A DNA stretch of 64,000 bases from Octopus sinensis. Its lineage: Eukaryota. Below, one piece after another: positions 22,325-34,700 of this stretch (position 1 is the stretch's first letter; every line of letters begins with the position of its first letter). The position numbers and the translations under genes were made by a program. The stretch lies in NCBI RefSeq assembly GCF_006345805.1, contig NC_043004.1:20770001-20834000 (forward strand), in the 5' to 3' direction. The notes beneath the pieces were generated by a model. The model was not told the DNA's origin, made no database searches, and saw only the letters and a program-made list of their open reading frames with translations.

Positions 22325-22479
22325 TATAGAGGGTTTCTTGCTGGATCATTTCCATATTGATTTGTTCAGAGTTCGCTAGTAGAAAACTAGTAAAGTATGT
22401 TCTATTGAACCATTTAGAAGTTCTGGAATCATGAGTCATGTTATTGTATGGAATGGAGAGAACATTAACTGTGACTCTT

Positions 22480-23360
22480 CTTCCAAGGCTGGTGAGACAA
22501 CCATAGTTAATATTCATTTTGAGTTGTTTGAAAATTGTTGACTCCAGGACAAATAAGGGAAGTGATTTGTGATTCCAGAGGGTTGATGTCCTGGGTAAAA
22601 AAGACTAAGTGTTGTGGATAGTGTCATCTCAAGGTAGGTGCTATATGTGCAGCAATATAAGTGTTAAGAGGCCAATGGGTTCATTATTAGTGGCACTCCA
22701 TTGGTTATGATGATGACTGTTTCAGAATAAGCTGCTTGTGAAATTAACATGCAAGTGGTTGAGCACTCCACAGACACATGTACCATTAATGTAGTTCTCA
22801 GGGCGATTCAGTGTGACAGAATGTGACAAGGCTGGCCCTTTGAAATGCAGGTACTACTCATTTTTGCCAGCTGAGTGGACTAGAACAATGTGAAATAAAG
22901 CATCTTGCTCATGGACACAACACATCGCTGAGATTTGAACTTGTGACCTTATGATCATGGACTGAATACCCTAACCACTAAGTCACATACCTTCGCCTGG
23001 GGTTCATTATTAATATATTGTTATCATATTTTGATGAGAGTGGGATCTGCTTCTTTGGTAAAGCAGCTGGGCCCAGAGACACCTAAAATATGGGGAGAAC
23101 AGACAAAGGAATTGAGAGCGTTTGCATGGGGACAGTACATGACCATCCATCACTGAGGAATGGTGGCTACTGCAGTAGTGATAGTAAGGGCAAATGAAAG
23201 GGGCATCAGGTCTATGGGTCAGAGACTGAAATGTGCATATTAAGTAGTTTAATGCCAACCAGTTGAGTGTCCTTTCTCTGGAAGCATCCTAAGCAGCAGC
23301 ATCCCAGATGTAGAATTAATACACCATTGGGGGATCTTACCTGAGCTTTGTAGAGGGTTA
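22480..23360 (-). mobile_element. CR1/L2-like LINE ORF2 C-terminal remnant, interrupted by SINE-C (about 22725-22990)
   Basis: Minus translation LTLYKAQVR..YIWDAAA..QSLTHR.. and ..SFLPRTSTLWN..; the inserted segment matches the family C body at 3410-3720. Confidence 0.7.
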
Positions 23361-23638
23361 GTAGTCAAATCATCTTAAATAAGGAGAGTACATTGCATAG
23401 CAATAACAACATGAGCAAACAAGAGAGACTCTAAATGGTCGTCATATGACTTGCTAGAAATAGTTGCCAAATCTTCGAAATCGCCTTTGTCTTATACAGA
23501 CAATGTTGTCTCAGCTCAAGCAGAGTGAAATTTTATCTAAGCAACAACAAAAGCAATAACAACTCTTTTACTCTTTTACTTGTTTCAGTCATTTTGACTG
23601 TGGCCATGCTGGAGCACCGCCTTTAGTCGAGCAAATCG

Positions 23639-23861
23639 CCTTTCGTTACCAACCTGGCTGAAACCGGCTCTGGCTCTAGGTACAAATGTCTTGTTTTCAA
23701 AAGTTTTGAATTAAAATCTTCCACCAAACCTTTGTCACAATTTATGTTCCTAATACTAGCTTAATGATAACCAAATTATTTTACTAGATTCTTTGTTATA
23801 TTTAAAGTAATTGAAAGAAACACAGAGCATCTCAAAATAAATACAGTAACAAAAGGGTTAA
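23639..23861. mobile_element. TTAA-type MITE (second family)
   Basis: TIRs CCTTTCGTTAC (23639) / GTAACAAAAGGG + TTAA (to 23861); the left end abuts a SINE-A tail at 23565-23638. Confidence 0.6.
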
Positions 23862-24104
23862 CATAATTCTCAAACTAAATCAGTTTGACTCAATTTGTGA
23901 CAAGGTAAAACTTTGAATTTCAAATACAGTTAATCTAAAGACCTTCCCAGATTCTGTCTTCTCAGTGTCACTCATAAGGCTAGGCTAGACACAAAACTAT
24001 GCTAAGATTCACTTGCTTGATGTAGCATACAGTAGAACTGACTCCAGGATTTTATGATTGTAAAGACAGACTTCTTAACCACTCAGCCATTCTTGCATCC
24101 ATAG

Positions 24105-24326
24105 TTACTCTTTTAATTGTTTCAGTCATTTGACTACAGCCATGCTGGAGCACCATCTTTAGTCAAATCAAATCGACCCCAGGACTTATTCTTTGTAAGC
24201 CTAGTACTTATTCTATCGGTCTCTTTTGCCGAACCGCTAAGTTATGGGGACCTAAACACACCAACATCGGTTGTCAAGCGATGTTGGGGGGACAACCACA
24301 GATACACAACATACACACACACACAG

Positions 24327-24357
<31 letters not shown>

Positions 24358-24517
24358 CGACGGTCTTCTTTCAGTTTCCGTCTACCAAATCCACTCACAA
24401 GGCTTTGGTCGGCTTGAGGCTATAGTAGAAGACACTTGTCCAAGGTGTCATGCAGTAGGACTGAACCCGGAACCATGTGGTTGGTAAGCAAGCTACTTAC
24501 CACACAGCCACTCCTGC
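24105..24517 (-). mobile_element. SINE family A, full length
   Basis: Reverse complement of the 2035-2432 copy along its whole length. Confidence 0.92.
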
Positions 24518-25041
24518 AAGAAGTAAATAAAAGAATTAGAGAAATTGAAGTCGTTGTTGTTAGTGGCGCTGTTGTTTAGTCTTGTGTTGGTTCTGGTTCT
24601 GCAGACCCATAATCATCAGATCTTTTTGTATTCCATCCATGACTATCCCGTCTTGTATTCCATCTTTGAGCATCCCATATTTTTGTATGTTAGGGATTAC
24701 ATTATTCAAAGTAACTTTCTTTATTTAATATACTAGAGTGTTATTTGAAGGAAATTTAGTTGCTATTTTTAATAAGTTGACAGACTATTACAAGATCACT
24801 TGTTCCCTCGTTGATATTGGAAACACAGTAATAATGATACAGAGAGAGGGGGAGATAGAGGGAAGGAGACAGAGTGAGGAGAAGGAGAGAGAGAAGGATT
24901 TAAGTAGTTAATATAGAGTAATAGAGTTCCTATAAGTAGCAACTAATGAGGCCTTTGGGAATTTAAGGACTTTGCCCCAAAAGCATATTTGATTACAGTG
25001 CAGCAGTAGAATTTTTAGTCTAAGTAGGGTAGCTTTTGTAA

Positions 25042-25648
25042 GCCTTTAGCATTCAGATTACACTGTCAAATACGACGCTAAAATATTCACGTTGTTTTGA
25101 ATTAATTGAGTGGCTGTGTGGTAAGTAGCTTGCTTACCAACCACATAGTTCCGGGTTCAGTCCCACTGTGTGGCACCTTGGGCAAGTGTCTTCTACTATA
25201 GCCTCAGGCCAACCAAAGCCTTCTGAGTGGATTTGGTAGATGGAAACTGAAAGAAGCCCGTCGTATATATATCTATGTGTATATATATGTGTGTGTGTTT
25301 GTATGTCAGTGTTTGTCCCCCCAACATCATTTGACAACTGATGCTGGAGTGTTTACGTCCTCGTAACTTAGCGGTTCGGCAAAAGAGACTGATAGAATAA
25401 GTACTAGGCTTACAAAGAATAAGTCCTGGGGTCAATTTGCACGACTAAAGGCAGTGCTCCAGCATGGCCGCAGTCAAATGACTGAAACAAGTAAAAGAGT
25501 ATCAGCATAGCTTCAAAATTTCAATAACGTGATTGTTTATTTTTTGAACAACATTGTAGGGTAAGTGTGAGAGACCAGATCTGGCCTCTTCGAACATAAA
25601 ACAAATAGAATATTTTGGCTGGGTTTGGCCAGTTTAAATACTAAAGAG
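25042..25648. mobile_element. TTAA-type MITE with a nested full-length SINE-A (+, 25108-25500)
   Basis: Ends CCTTTAGCATTCAGATT..AAATACTAAAGAG-TTAA; the nested SINE matches family A. Confidence 0.75.
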
Positions 25649-25824
25649 TTAATTGAAATATATTAGTCATTATAACTTCCCAGTATATACTTGTGTCACA
25701 GCCGATAAGGCCTGTGATGCCAACACTTCACTACATACAAAAACAATGCATCATACATTGAATGCTATACATCATCAAATGTGCAGCAGATTTTTTGAAT
25801 TTTCACTTTTCTTGTCCTCTTCCC

Positions 25825-25860
25825 ACGTGTTGTGAATATTTTATTTCCTTACAGGTAAAG
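25825..25860 (+). other. Candidate recursive splice site (3'ss fused to 5'ss)
   Basis: TTTTATTTCCTTACAG|GTAAAG with the junction at 25854/25855. Confidence 0.3.
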
Positions 25861-26169
25861 AGTAAATCTAAATCCTTGTGATATAAATACCACACTACCT
25901 AAGATTTATCTGCATACACTTAAAATATATCTACTGACTCTTGTAGCAGAGTTCATGGGATTTCTCATAATTCACCTAATGTATATATTTTACTTAACAA
26001 AAAAAAACACACACACACACACAAAAAAGCAAAAGAAGTGTGTAATGAACAACAAAACATTGCTATAAGATATCTGCATTAAACACGTACAGACACACGT
26101 GTATGTGTGTGTGTGTGTGTTTCATTCATTTTTCTCTTGCTTTTTCATGCTACTTATGTGCAAACATGC

Positions 26170-26415
26170 ATAATATATATATATATATACACACACACAC
26201 ATATATATACATATATATACACACATATATATATATAAGTATGCATGCATATATATATATATATATATACATATAAATATATATATACATGTATATACAC
26301 ATGAATATATATATGTACGCATGCATACATACATATATATATATATATTATATATATATATATATATATGTGTGTGTACACATGCATACATACATATATA
26401 TATATATATATATAC

Positions 26416-26494
<79 letters not shown>

Positions 26495-26520
26495 CATACA
26501 TATATATGTATGTATAGAGA
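26170..26520. repeat. (TA)n/(TACA)n compound microsatellite
   Basis: Read directly. Confidence 0.95.
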
Positions 26521-27084
26521 TACATGCACACACGCGCATTGTGCATTGCCAGTCCTGCAAAAAATCCACAGAAAAATGGTAGAGAGCAAAAGAGAAAAAA
26601 AATGATGATAATAATAATGAAGTCAATACTTGCAGCATGTTTTAGAAATCTTTTTTGAACACTGCAGCTATCCAATCCTAAGGTTCTGCATTAATATTTT
26701 TCTTAATCTTTATTTATTTAATTTTTTTTTTTGTTCCATAAGATATAAAGAACAGAAAAGCTAAGAAATATTAATGGAAGATCCATTAGAATGGTTTCAC
26801 AAACCTTCCAGAATCTCTGTCTACTAATCAAAAAGTATGTCTATTTCCAACTGCTTTCTTGTCGGCCAAGGAAAATTAAATATTTATTCAGATTTTTTAA
26901 GTATTTTTCTACACTCACTTCGTATTTATATTATGTATTATGCCATTGTTGTTGCTGTTGTTGTTGTTATTATTATTATTATTATTATCATTATTACTAT
27001 TATTATTATTTGTAAACATAAAGTCAAACACATGTTCAATGTATTATTGTTGTACCTATCTACTTCGCAATATGTGTGCATGTT

Positions 27085-27650
<566 letters not shown>

Positions 27651-28885
27651 AACGAAGAAGACGGGGAATAAAATACTGAAATACTGATATTTTGATTTCT
27701 ATCTTCCTCAGTGACACACAGACAGATATTTTTAGTGATAAACTTAACTTAACTAAATGCATCTAAAGTGCATTTTTTTCTTCTTTTTTCTTAATTAAAA
27801 CTGATATATATGTATATGAAGATATATGTTGGTATGCCTATATATGAGCATATTTACATACATACATAAATGCATGTGTATATATATATATATATACACA
27901 TGCATTTATGTATGTATGTGTATATGTATATATGTGTATATATAGTAACAGTATTAATAAAATAAGAGGTGGAATAGACACACACACATACTGGCACATA
28001 CACACACACACATATACAGACGCACACACACGAGGTTCACTCTAGTGAAAGCAGATAAAGCAAGGGAGATAATTATTTCCTCAAAAACAAGGCAGGATAT
28101 AAAATTTGAATTTAAAATGTGAGAATTAAATGGGAAAATGTGTACAATATTTATGTATTAAATTGTTTTTGTTTTGTTTACTTATTACAAAGTTCATCCA
28201 ATTTCTAGTCACTGGTCATTGTATATAGAACTAGTTGATTGTTTTAGAAATTGTGAGCATAAAATAACATGTGGCTTATTCATTAGACATTTTATTATGG
28301 CTGTTGATATAATGAGAGGTAGCTATCTCCTTGCAATGTCAGGCAGAAATAGGAATTTGAATTTGAAATCAAGGACTATAAAAGGATACAGAGTTCACAG
28401 GTATAAATATAATTTAATTTAAATTCTTTTCTTTTTATTATTATCTATCATGAAATTCTTGCAATTTCCTACTAGTAGTAACATATAAAGTAAAATTTCA
28501 TCCTTTTTAAGAATCATCAGCATGATTTTACCTTACTGATATAAGATGTATTGCAAAGAGAGGCATTAGAATATAATTAAAGATGAAATTAATCATAGAC
28601 TGAAAGAAGTTCATAGAAATTTGAAATCCTTTTCTTCATAGAATGTTGTAAGTTTAAGAAAATATTTATAGTGATTAAGTGTTGAGTAATAGCAGTCTCC
28701 AGGAAACTTTCTAACTTGTGAAAGTGTTTTAGGGTAGTCAATATTTACAATATTAGTTACAAATGGTTTTACAAGCCTTCATAATACTTGCTTAGGTGTA
28801 GATATCTTTTCCCTGCTGTTATCATCTATATTCATCCTGTAGTCAAATGAGCTTCTATTCATAAACTAATGTTCTCTAATACCAG

Positions 28886-28969
28886 ATGTTAAAATGGATT
28901 TTTATGAAGCTATAAAAATGGTTCTTCAGACATGTGTGGCACTCTGGATATCTGTTAGTACAAAAGGAG
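28886..28969 (+). other. Candidate 84-nt exon that could encode a signal-peptide-like N-terminus (MDFYEAIKMVLQTCVALWISVSTKG)
   Basis: Branch-like CTAAT, acceptor TTCTCTAATACCAG, donor GAG|GTAACA, one open frame with two AAAATGG starts, and a phase-1 exit. No homology support. Confidence 0.25.
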
Positions 28970-29489
28970 GTAACAATGGAAAGTGAGATTAGGATATGAA
29001 GTGTTGACATATATCTGTATTAATAAAATTGGTTTGGTAAGACTAATGTGCCAGTTTATCAGCACATGTCAGTCTGCTATAGTCACTACACCATCCTCCT
29101 CCCTAAACCAGTCCTACAAAGATTTTATTTGATAAAAAGAGAAGGGTGCAATGAGTGTTAGTATGACAGAAATGTGGTGGCATAATGAGTGTGGCTGATA
29201 TCAGGGAAGGGGAAAATAGTGTTGTGTAAGTGACAAATATTGAGTGGCAATGGGACGAAAATGTTAATGCAGCTGTCATAAGTAACTTTTAAAATGCTGA
29301 AGAAAAGAAAGAAAGGTGGGTGTGCGGAATATGCATCTTTAAGGAGAGAGGGGGTAGGTGGTTTTTCTGATGCCCATCACAAAGAAATACTCACACACAG
29401 ATACACACACATACATATATATACTCATATATGTACATACATATGTCTACTATACACCATTTTAAAGTCGTGAATACCTGTGTCAACCT

Positions 29490-29765
29490 CAGCGGAATTT
29501 GAACTCAGAACATAACGGTAGACGAAATACCTACTTCTTTACTACCCACAAGGGGCTAAACACAAAGGGGACGAACAAGGTCAGACAAATGGATTATATC
29601 GATTACCTCGACCCCAGTGCATAACTGGTACTTAATTTATTGACTCCAAAAGGATGAAAGGCAAAGTCGACCTCGGCAGAATTTGAACTCAGAATGTAGC
29701 GGCAGACGAAATACCACTAAGCATTTCACCCAGCGTGCTAATGTTTCTGCCAGCTTGCTGCCTTC
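29490..29765 (-). mobile_element. SINE family B, tail type 1, followed by a second partial unit (head-to-tail dimer)
   Basis: After the tail ..GTAGTAAAGAAGTA the sequence restarts at GGTATTTCGTC..GAGTTCAAATTCC. Confidence 0.85.
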
Positions 29766-30199
29766 TTCGCACAGTTTCTGCCAATCAAATACTCTCACAA
29801 AGAATTGGGTTGATTTGGGGCTACATTTGAAAACATATTCACAAGGTGCTGAGCAATGGGTCTACACCCTGAACAACATATTTGCAAAGTAACTCTCTTA
29901 ACCCCACAGCCATGTCTGTGCCAGTATATCAATTTTGTTATATAAAATTTTCCTATATATATTTTTTCCAAAACTATTTTTCTTTACATTTCATTGACAT
30001 CTTTTGAAAATTGGGTGCCTAGCTTAACACTTCACTTTTTTATATAAAATTATTTAAATAAAAGGCCTAAATTATCTGTAACAAGATCAAAGCATTGAAA
30101 CTCTAGTCAAATAACACCAAATACTCAAATTAGGTGTCATTTATTTCATTGTATAAGGAGACATAAATATGTTTATGTATATGTAACTAAACATTGAAG

Positions 30200-30442
30200 T
30201 ATATAGCTATCTATCTCTTTATTTGTCTATCTATGCAGCCTGTCTATGTCTCTCACTCTCTCTCTCTCTCTCTTTCCATCTATCTATCTGTCTGTCTGTC
30301 TGTCTGTCTTTGTCTATCTGTTTATCTGTCTGTCTGTCTGTTTACCTATCTAACCAAACATCTATTTATCTGTCTGTTCATCTGTCTGTCTATCTGTCTC
30401 TCCATCCATCCCTCTATCGATCTATCTGTCTGTCTGTCTGCC

Positions 30443-30477
<35 letters not shown>

Positions 30478-30500
30478 ACGTATGTATATGCAAATATGTA
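30200..30500. repeat. (CT)n/(CTAT)n/(CTGT)n compound microsatellite
   Basis: Read directly. Confidence 0.95.
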
Positions 30501-31030
30501 TGTATGCATGTGCATAATTGTGTATGCATTTATACTTTAGGTTAAACAGTTACTTAAATGAATTATTAACAGTAAAACTTTGCTTCTTTTGTCTTTTATT
30601 GGTTCCATTTACTGAACTTTAGCCATACTGGGACATGCCTTCAAGAAAGAATAACTAGTTATATTGATCTCAGTATTTAAAATACATGATTGCTACTTGC
30701 TTTTTTTGCCTTCCATAGTATGAAAAGTAAAATCAAACTATTTGAAGTCTGAACATAGAATTTAACAAACATACAATAATTCATATTGCTTGATACTTAA
30801 CCAATTCTGTTGTCAACCTATATAATTCATAGCTCTTAATGGGATCACTTTTCAACCATCTGGTTACAAGTTCAGTTCTACTGTATTACATTGGATAAGT
30901 TCCTGCTACCATTGTACTGAGTGAATTTGATACTGGAAAATGAAAGCAACCTGTTGTGTGTGTTTATCTATCTACCTGTCTGTCTATCTATCTGTTCATC
31001 AATCCACCTATCTGTCTGTCTGTGTGTGTT

Positions 31031-31079
<49 letters not shown>

Positions 31080-31104
31080 AGGTTTGGAGATGATGTACAG
31101 GTAT

Positions 31105-31308
31105 TATATATTAGAAGAAATGAGGTAATCAGAAGATCGGATGGTTTATATTTACAGATATTTATTTATATATTACATTTTTTACATATATATCATATCA
31201 TTTAGATCTAAATGATATGATATATATGTAAAAAATATAATATATAAATAAATATCTGTAAATATAAACCATCCGATCTTCTGATTACCTCATTTCTTCT
31301 AATATATA
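31105..31308. repeat. 204-bp spacer-less palindrome (102-bp arms, 1 mismatch)
   Basis: Centre TTTAGA|TCTAAA at 31206/31207; the only mismatch is 31176 vs 31237. Confidence 0.95.
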
Positions 31309-31319
31309 TATATATAGGC

Positions 31320-31700
31320 ACTGGTGTGGCTGTGTGGGAAGATATTTGCTTCCCAACCACATGGTTCTGGGTTCAGTTCCACTGTGTGGTACCTTGGGCA
31401 AGTGTCTTCTATTATAGCCTTGGGTCAATCAAAGATTAATCAGTGGATTTGGTGGACAGAAACTGAAAGAAGAAATGTGTGTGCATGTTTCTGTGTTTGT
31501 ATCCCATCACTACATGAAAACTGCTGTTGGTGTGTTTATGTCTCCATAACTTAAAACTTTGGTAAAAGCGAATGATAGAATAAATATCAAGTGTAAAAAA
31601 TAAAAAAAAAGTAAGTATTTGGATCAAATTGTTTGGCTAAAATTCTTCAAGGCAGTGCTCCAGCATGGCTCCAGTCTAATGACTGAAACAAGCAAAAGAG
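31320..31700 (+). mobile_element. SINE family A, diverged
   Basis: Head, core and tail are all recognisable. Confidence 0.8.
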
Positions 31701-31717
31701 CCAAAAAATTAACACAT

Positions 31718-31762
<45 letters not shown>

Positions 31763-32435
31763 CATATATCAGTGTGTGTATATAGTAATGCTCATATTTT
31801 ATACAATGTTCAGGTACACTCTTTGTGCATGTGTGTTTTTGTGCGAAAGAGTTTGTCTTCACCTTGTCCTTATGTCTGGAAATGGTGTGTGATCTTTGTA
31901 AAACATAATCTCATTTAATATTGTGTTATTCGTTTCTAGTTTCCTGCATAATCACATCCAGGGTTACTGTCAGTAGAGTATCCAGTCGTAGAATATTCTG
32001 CAGCATTGTAGTCTCCTGTGGCTTATGCAAGCGTGGAATGGGAGACATTTGAATAATGATGATGAATGATAGATACAGGGGTATATACTGGGTGTCCATA
32101 AACAATTTTTACAATTTGAAAAATACAGAAAGAAATGAAAAATAAGGATAACTCTGTAGAGGTTTATTGGAAAACATATGTAAATGAATAAAAGTTTTAT
32201 TAGAAACATCAGAACACTTCCACATGGGTTTCGTATGCAAAGAAGTTGATTGATGGATCTCAACTTTAATAGATACAATAAATTGTGGATGTTGTATCCT
32301 CTGCATATGTGTGTGTGTGTGTGTGTGTACACATATATACATTTGCATACATATGTAGCCTAGTGGTTAGGTTGCCTGATATAATCATTCTCTCACTTGT
32401 AAAAAACAGAAAAGTGTATGTATTATATAGATGTT

Positions 32436-32475
<40 letters not shown>

Positions 32476-32821
32476 CATGCAGGCATGGCTGAGTGCTTAA
32501 TAAACTTTCTTTGTAATCATCTGGTTTCCGGTTCAGTACCACTGTATGGAAGCCTATCATATTTTCAGATTTGCCCAAAAGTCACCTGACAGTAAATCAA
32601 AACCAATTATTTCCAAGGATTTTTTATGTTTAACAACTGAATGAATTTAATAAAAAGCATCTAAATATGAAACATCAGGAAAATTGTTCAAACTGAAGTC
32701 TTTCTTCGGTGACTCATTTTTCCATTCAAGTCAATACAGAATTACAAATAGTATTTATGGAAGTTTGATTTACTGTCGGGTGACTTTTGGCCAACCCTGT
32801 ATATATATATATCATCATCAT

Positions 32822-33024
32822 CATCGTTTAACGTCCGCTTTCCATGCTAGCATGGGTTGGACGATTTGACTGAAGTCTGGTGAACCAGTGGCTGCACCAG
32901 ACTCCAATCTGATCTGGCAGACTTTCTACAGCTCAAATTGGAGTCTGGTGCAGCCATCTGGTTTGCCAGACCTCAGTCAAATCGTCCAACCCATGGTAGC
33001 ATGGAAAGTGGACGTTAAATGATG
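32822..33024. repeat. Fold-back of RTE-type 3' tail (about 88-bp arms, 28-nt spacer)
   Basis: Arms 32822-32908 and 32937-33024 differ at about 7 positions; homologous to the 34191 and 59118 RTE tails. Confidence 0.9.
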
Positions 33025-33059
33025 ATATGTATATATATATATATATATATAATATATAT

Positions 33060-33097
<38 letters not shown>

Positions 33098-33428
33098 TAT
33101 ATATATATATATATACATATAGAGGTGAGTATGATCTCGGGATCTGAGTGCAGGAAAATAGAACAAAAAGTGGACCGAGTTTGATATGATAAAAAATTTT
33201 TAAGATCGTAAGTTATACAATTTTTCCCATACCAAAGTTATGAGGAACATTGATAAGCAGATCATTTCAATACACCTCACAGTTAGCAACTAATGCAGTT
33301 ATGAATGCAAATAAAAATCTATAATTTCTAAAAAGCAGAGCAGGTAGAATATAGGTTACATATGTTTCTTAACTGGCAGAAGTTCGTAATGTATTTCCCA
33401 TTCAAAAAAATCTTCTCAACATAGCAAA

Positions 33429-33567
33429 TCATCAGGCTAAAATTGCCACCACAAAATTTACATCAGTGTGAGAAATAAACAAACAGTGAGTCACCAGGCA
33501 AGCCACTTATTGTTTGATTGTTTCCTTTTACAATGCAAACCTTGTGGTGGTAATTTCAGCCTGATGA
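33429..33567 (+). other. ~140-nt long hairpin in otherwise unique DNA
   Basis: Outer 26-bp stem (33429-33454/33542-33567) and inner 20-bp stem (33472-33491/33505-33524). Confidence 0.75.
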
Positions 33568-34190
33568 CAAGCTGTACCAAGGAGAGTTCATTGTGTATCT
33601 CTTACCTAATGAACTTCAGCTAGTAAAACTTTACTTCGGATGCTTTTGGATATATCAAAACTTGCTCGTCGAGGCAAAGTATTTGTAACGTAACGGTAAA
33701 TAAATACTTTCTTAAAACTTCATGCATTGTTCATCTTACACATCTTACAACTTGCTGTTTTAATAACAAACTCTTATCGTCCCAACTGCTGACTTCAACA
33801 TCAACATATAATAATGTTTACTAATCAATTTCCGCCATTCCAGTTGGTGACCACAATCAATTTAAAACTGTTAAGGTGCTTGCTATCAAACATTTTTTGT
33901 AACAATATCCAGAGTCTAGGCAGATTGAGTAATGATGTTAGTAAAAACCTGGCCAGTAACATTCTTTGTAAACATTTCTTAGGTTTTCAAGTGATGATGT
34001 CACTACAGATGTGTCTAATCAGATTTGTTCTAAACTGTATTAAAAAAGACAAGATTTTTAGATTTAAATATGCAAACTGACAGTGAAAAAGACAGAAGTG
34101 TATGACAGACAGACAGTCCCAAATAAGAATAATCAACAAATAGAAATAAATAACAAATAGAGAGGTAAGTTTCACATAAGAGAGAACAGA

Positions 34191-34700
34191 ATCATCACCA
34201 TCATCATCTTTTAACGTCCGCTTTCCATGCTAGGATGGGTTGGACGATTTGACTGAGGACTGGCGAACCAGATGGATGCACCAGGCTCCAATCTGATCTG
34301 GCAGAGTTTCTACAGCTGGATGCCCTTCCTAATGCCAACCACTCCGAGAGTGTAGTGGGTGCTTTTACGTGCCACTGGCATGAGGACCAGTTTGGCGGTA
34401 CTGGCAACATCCACGCTCGAAATGGTGTTTTTTAAGTGCCACCTGCACAAGAGTCAGTCCTGCTGCACTGGCAATGACCTCGCTCGAATGTTTTGTTTAC
34501 GTGCCACTGGCACAAGTGCCAGTAAGGCGACACTGGTAATGATCACGCTCAAATGGTGCTTTTTATGTGCCCACCGGCACAGAAGCCAGACAGCTGCTCT
34601 GGCAGTGATCCTGCTCGGATGGAGCTGTTAGTGCTCCACTGGCACGGGTGCCAGTCATCGAATTTGGTTCAATTTTGATTTTACTTGCTCCAACCGGTCT
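34191..34700 (-). mobile_element. RTE-type LINE 3' UTR (with internal repeats) ending in a (GAT)n tail
   Basis: Same 3' sequence as the RTE remnant at 59118-60215, where it adjoins ORF2. Confidence 0.75.
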
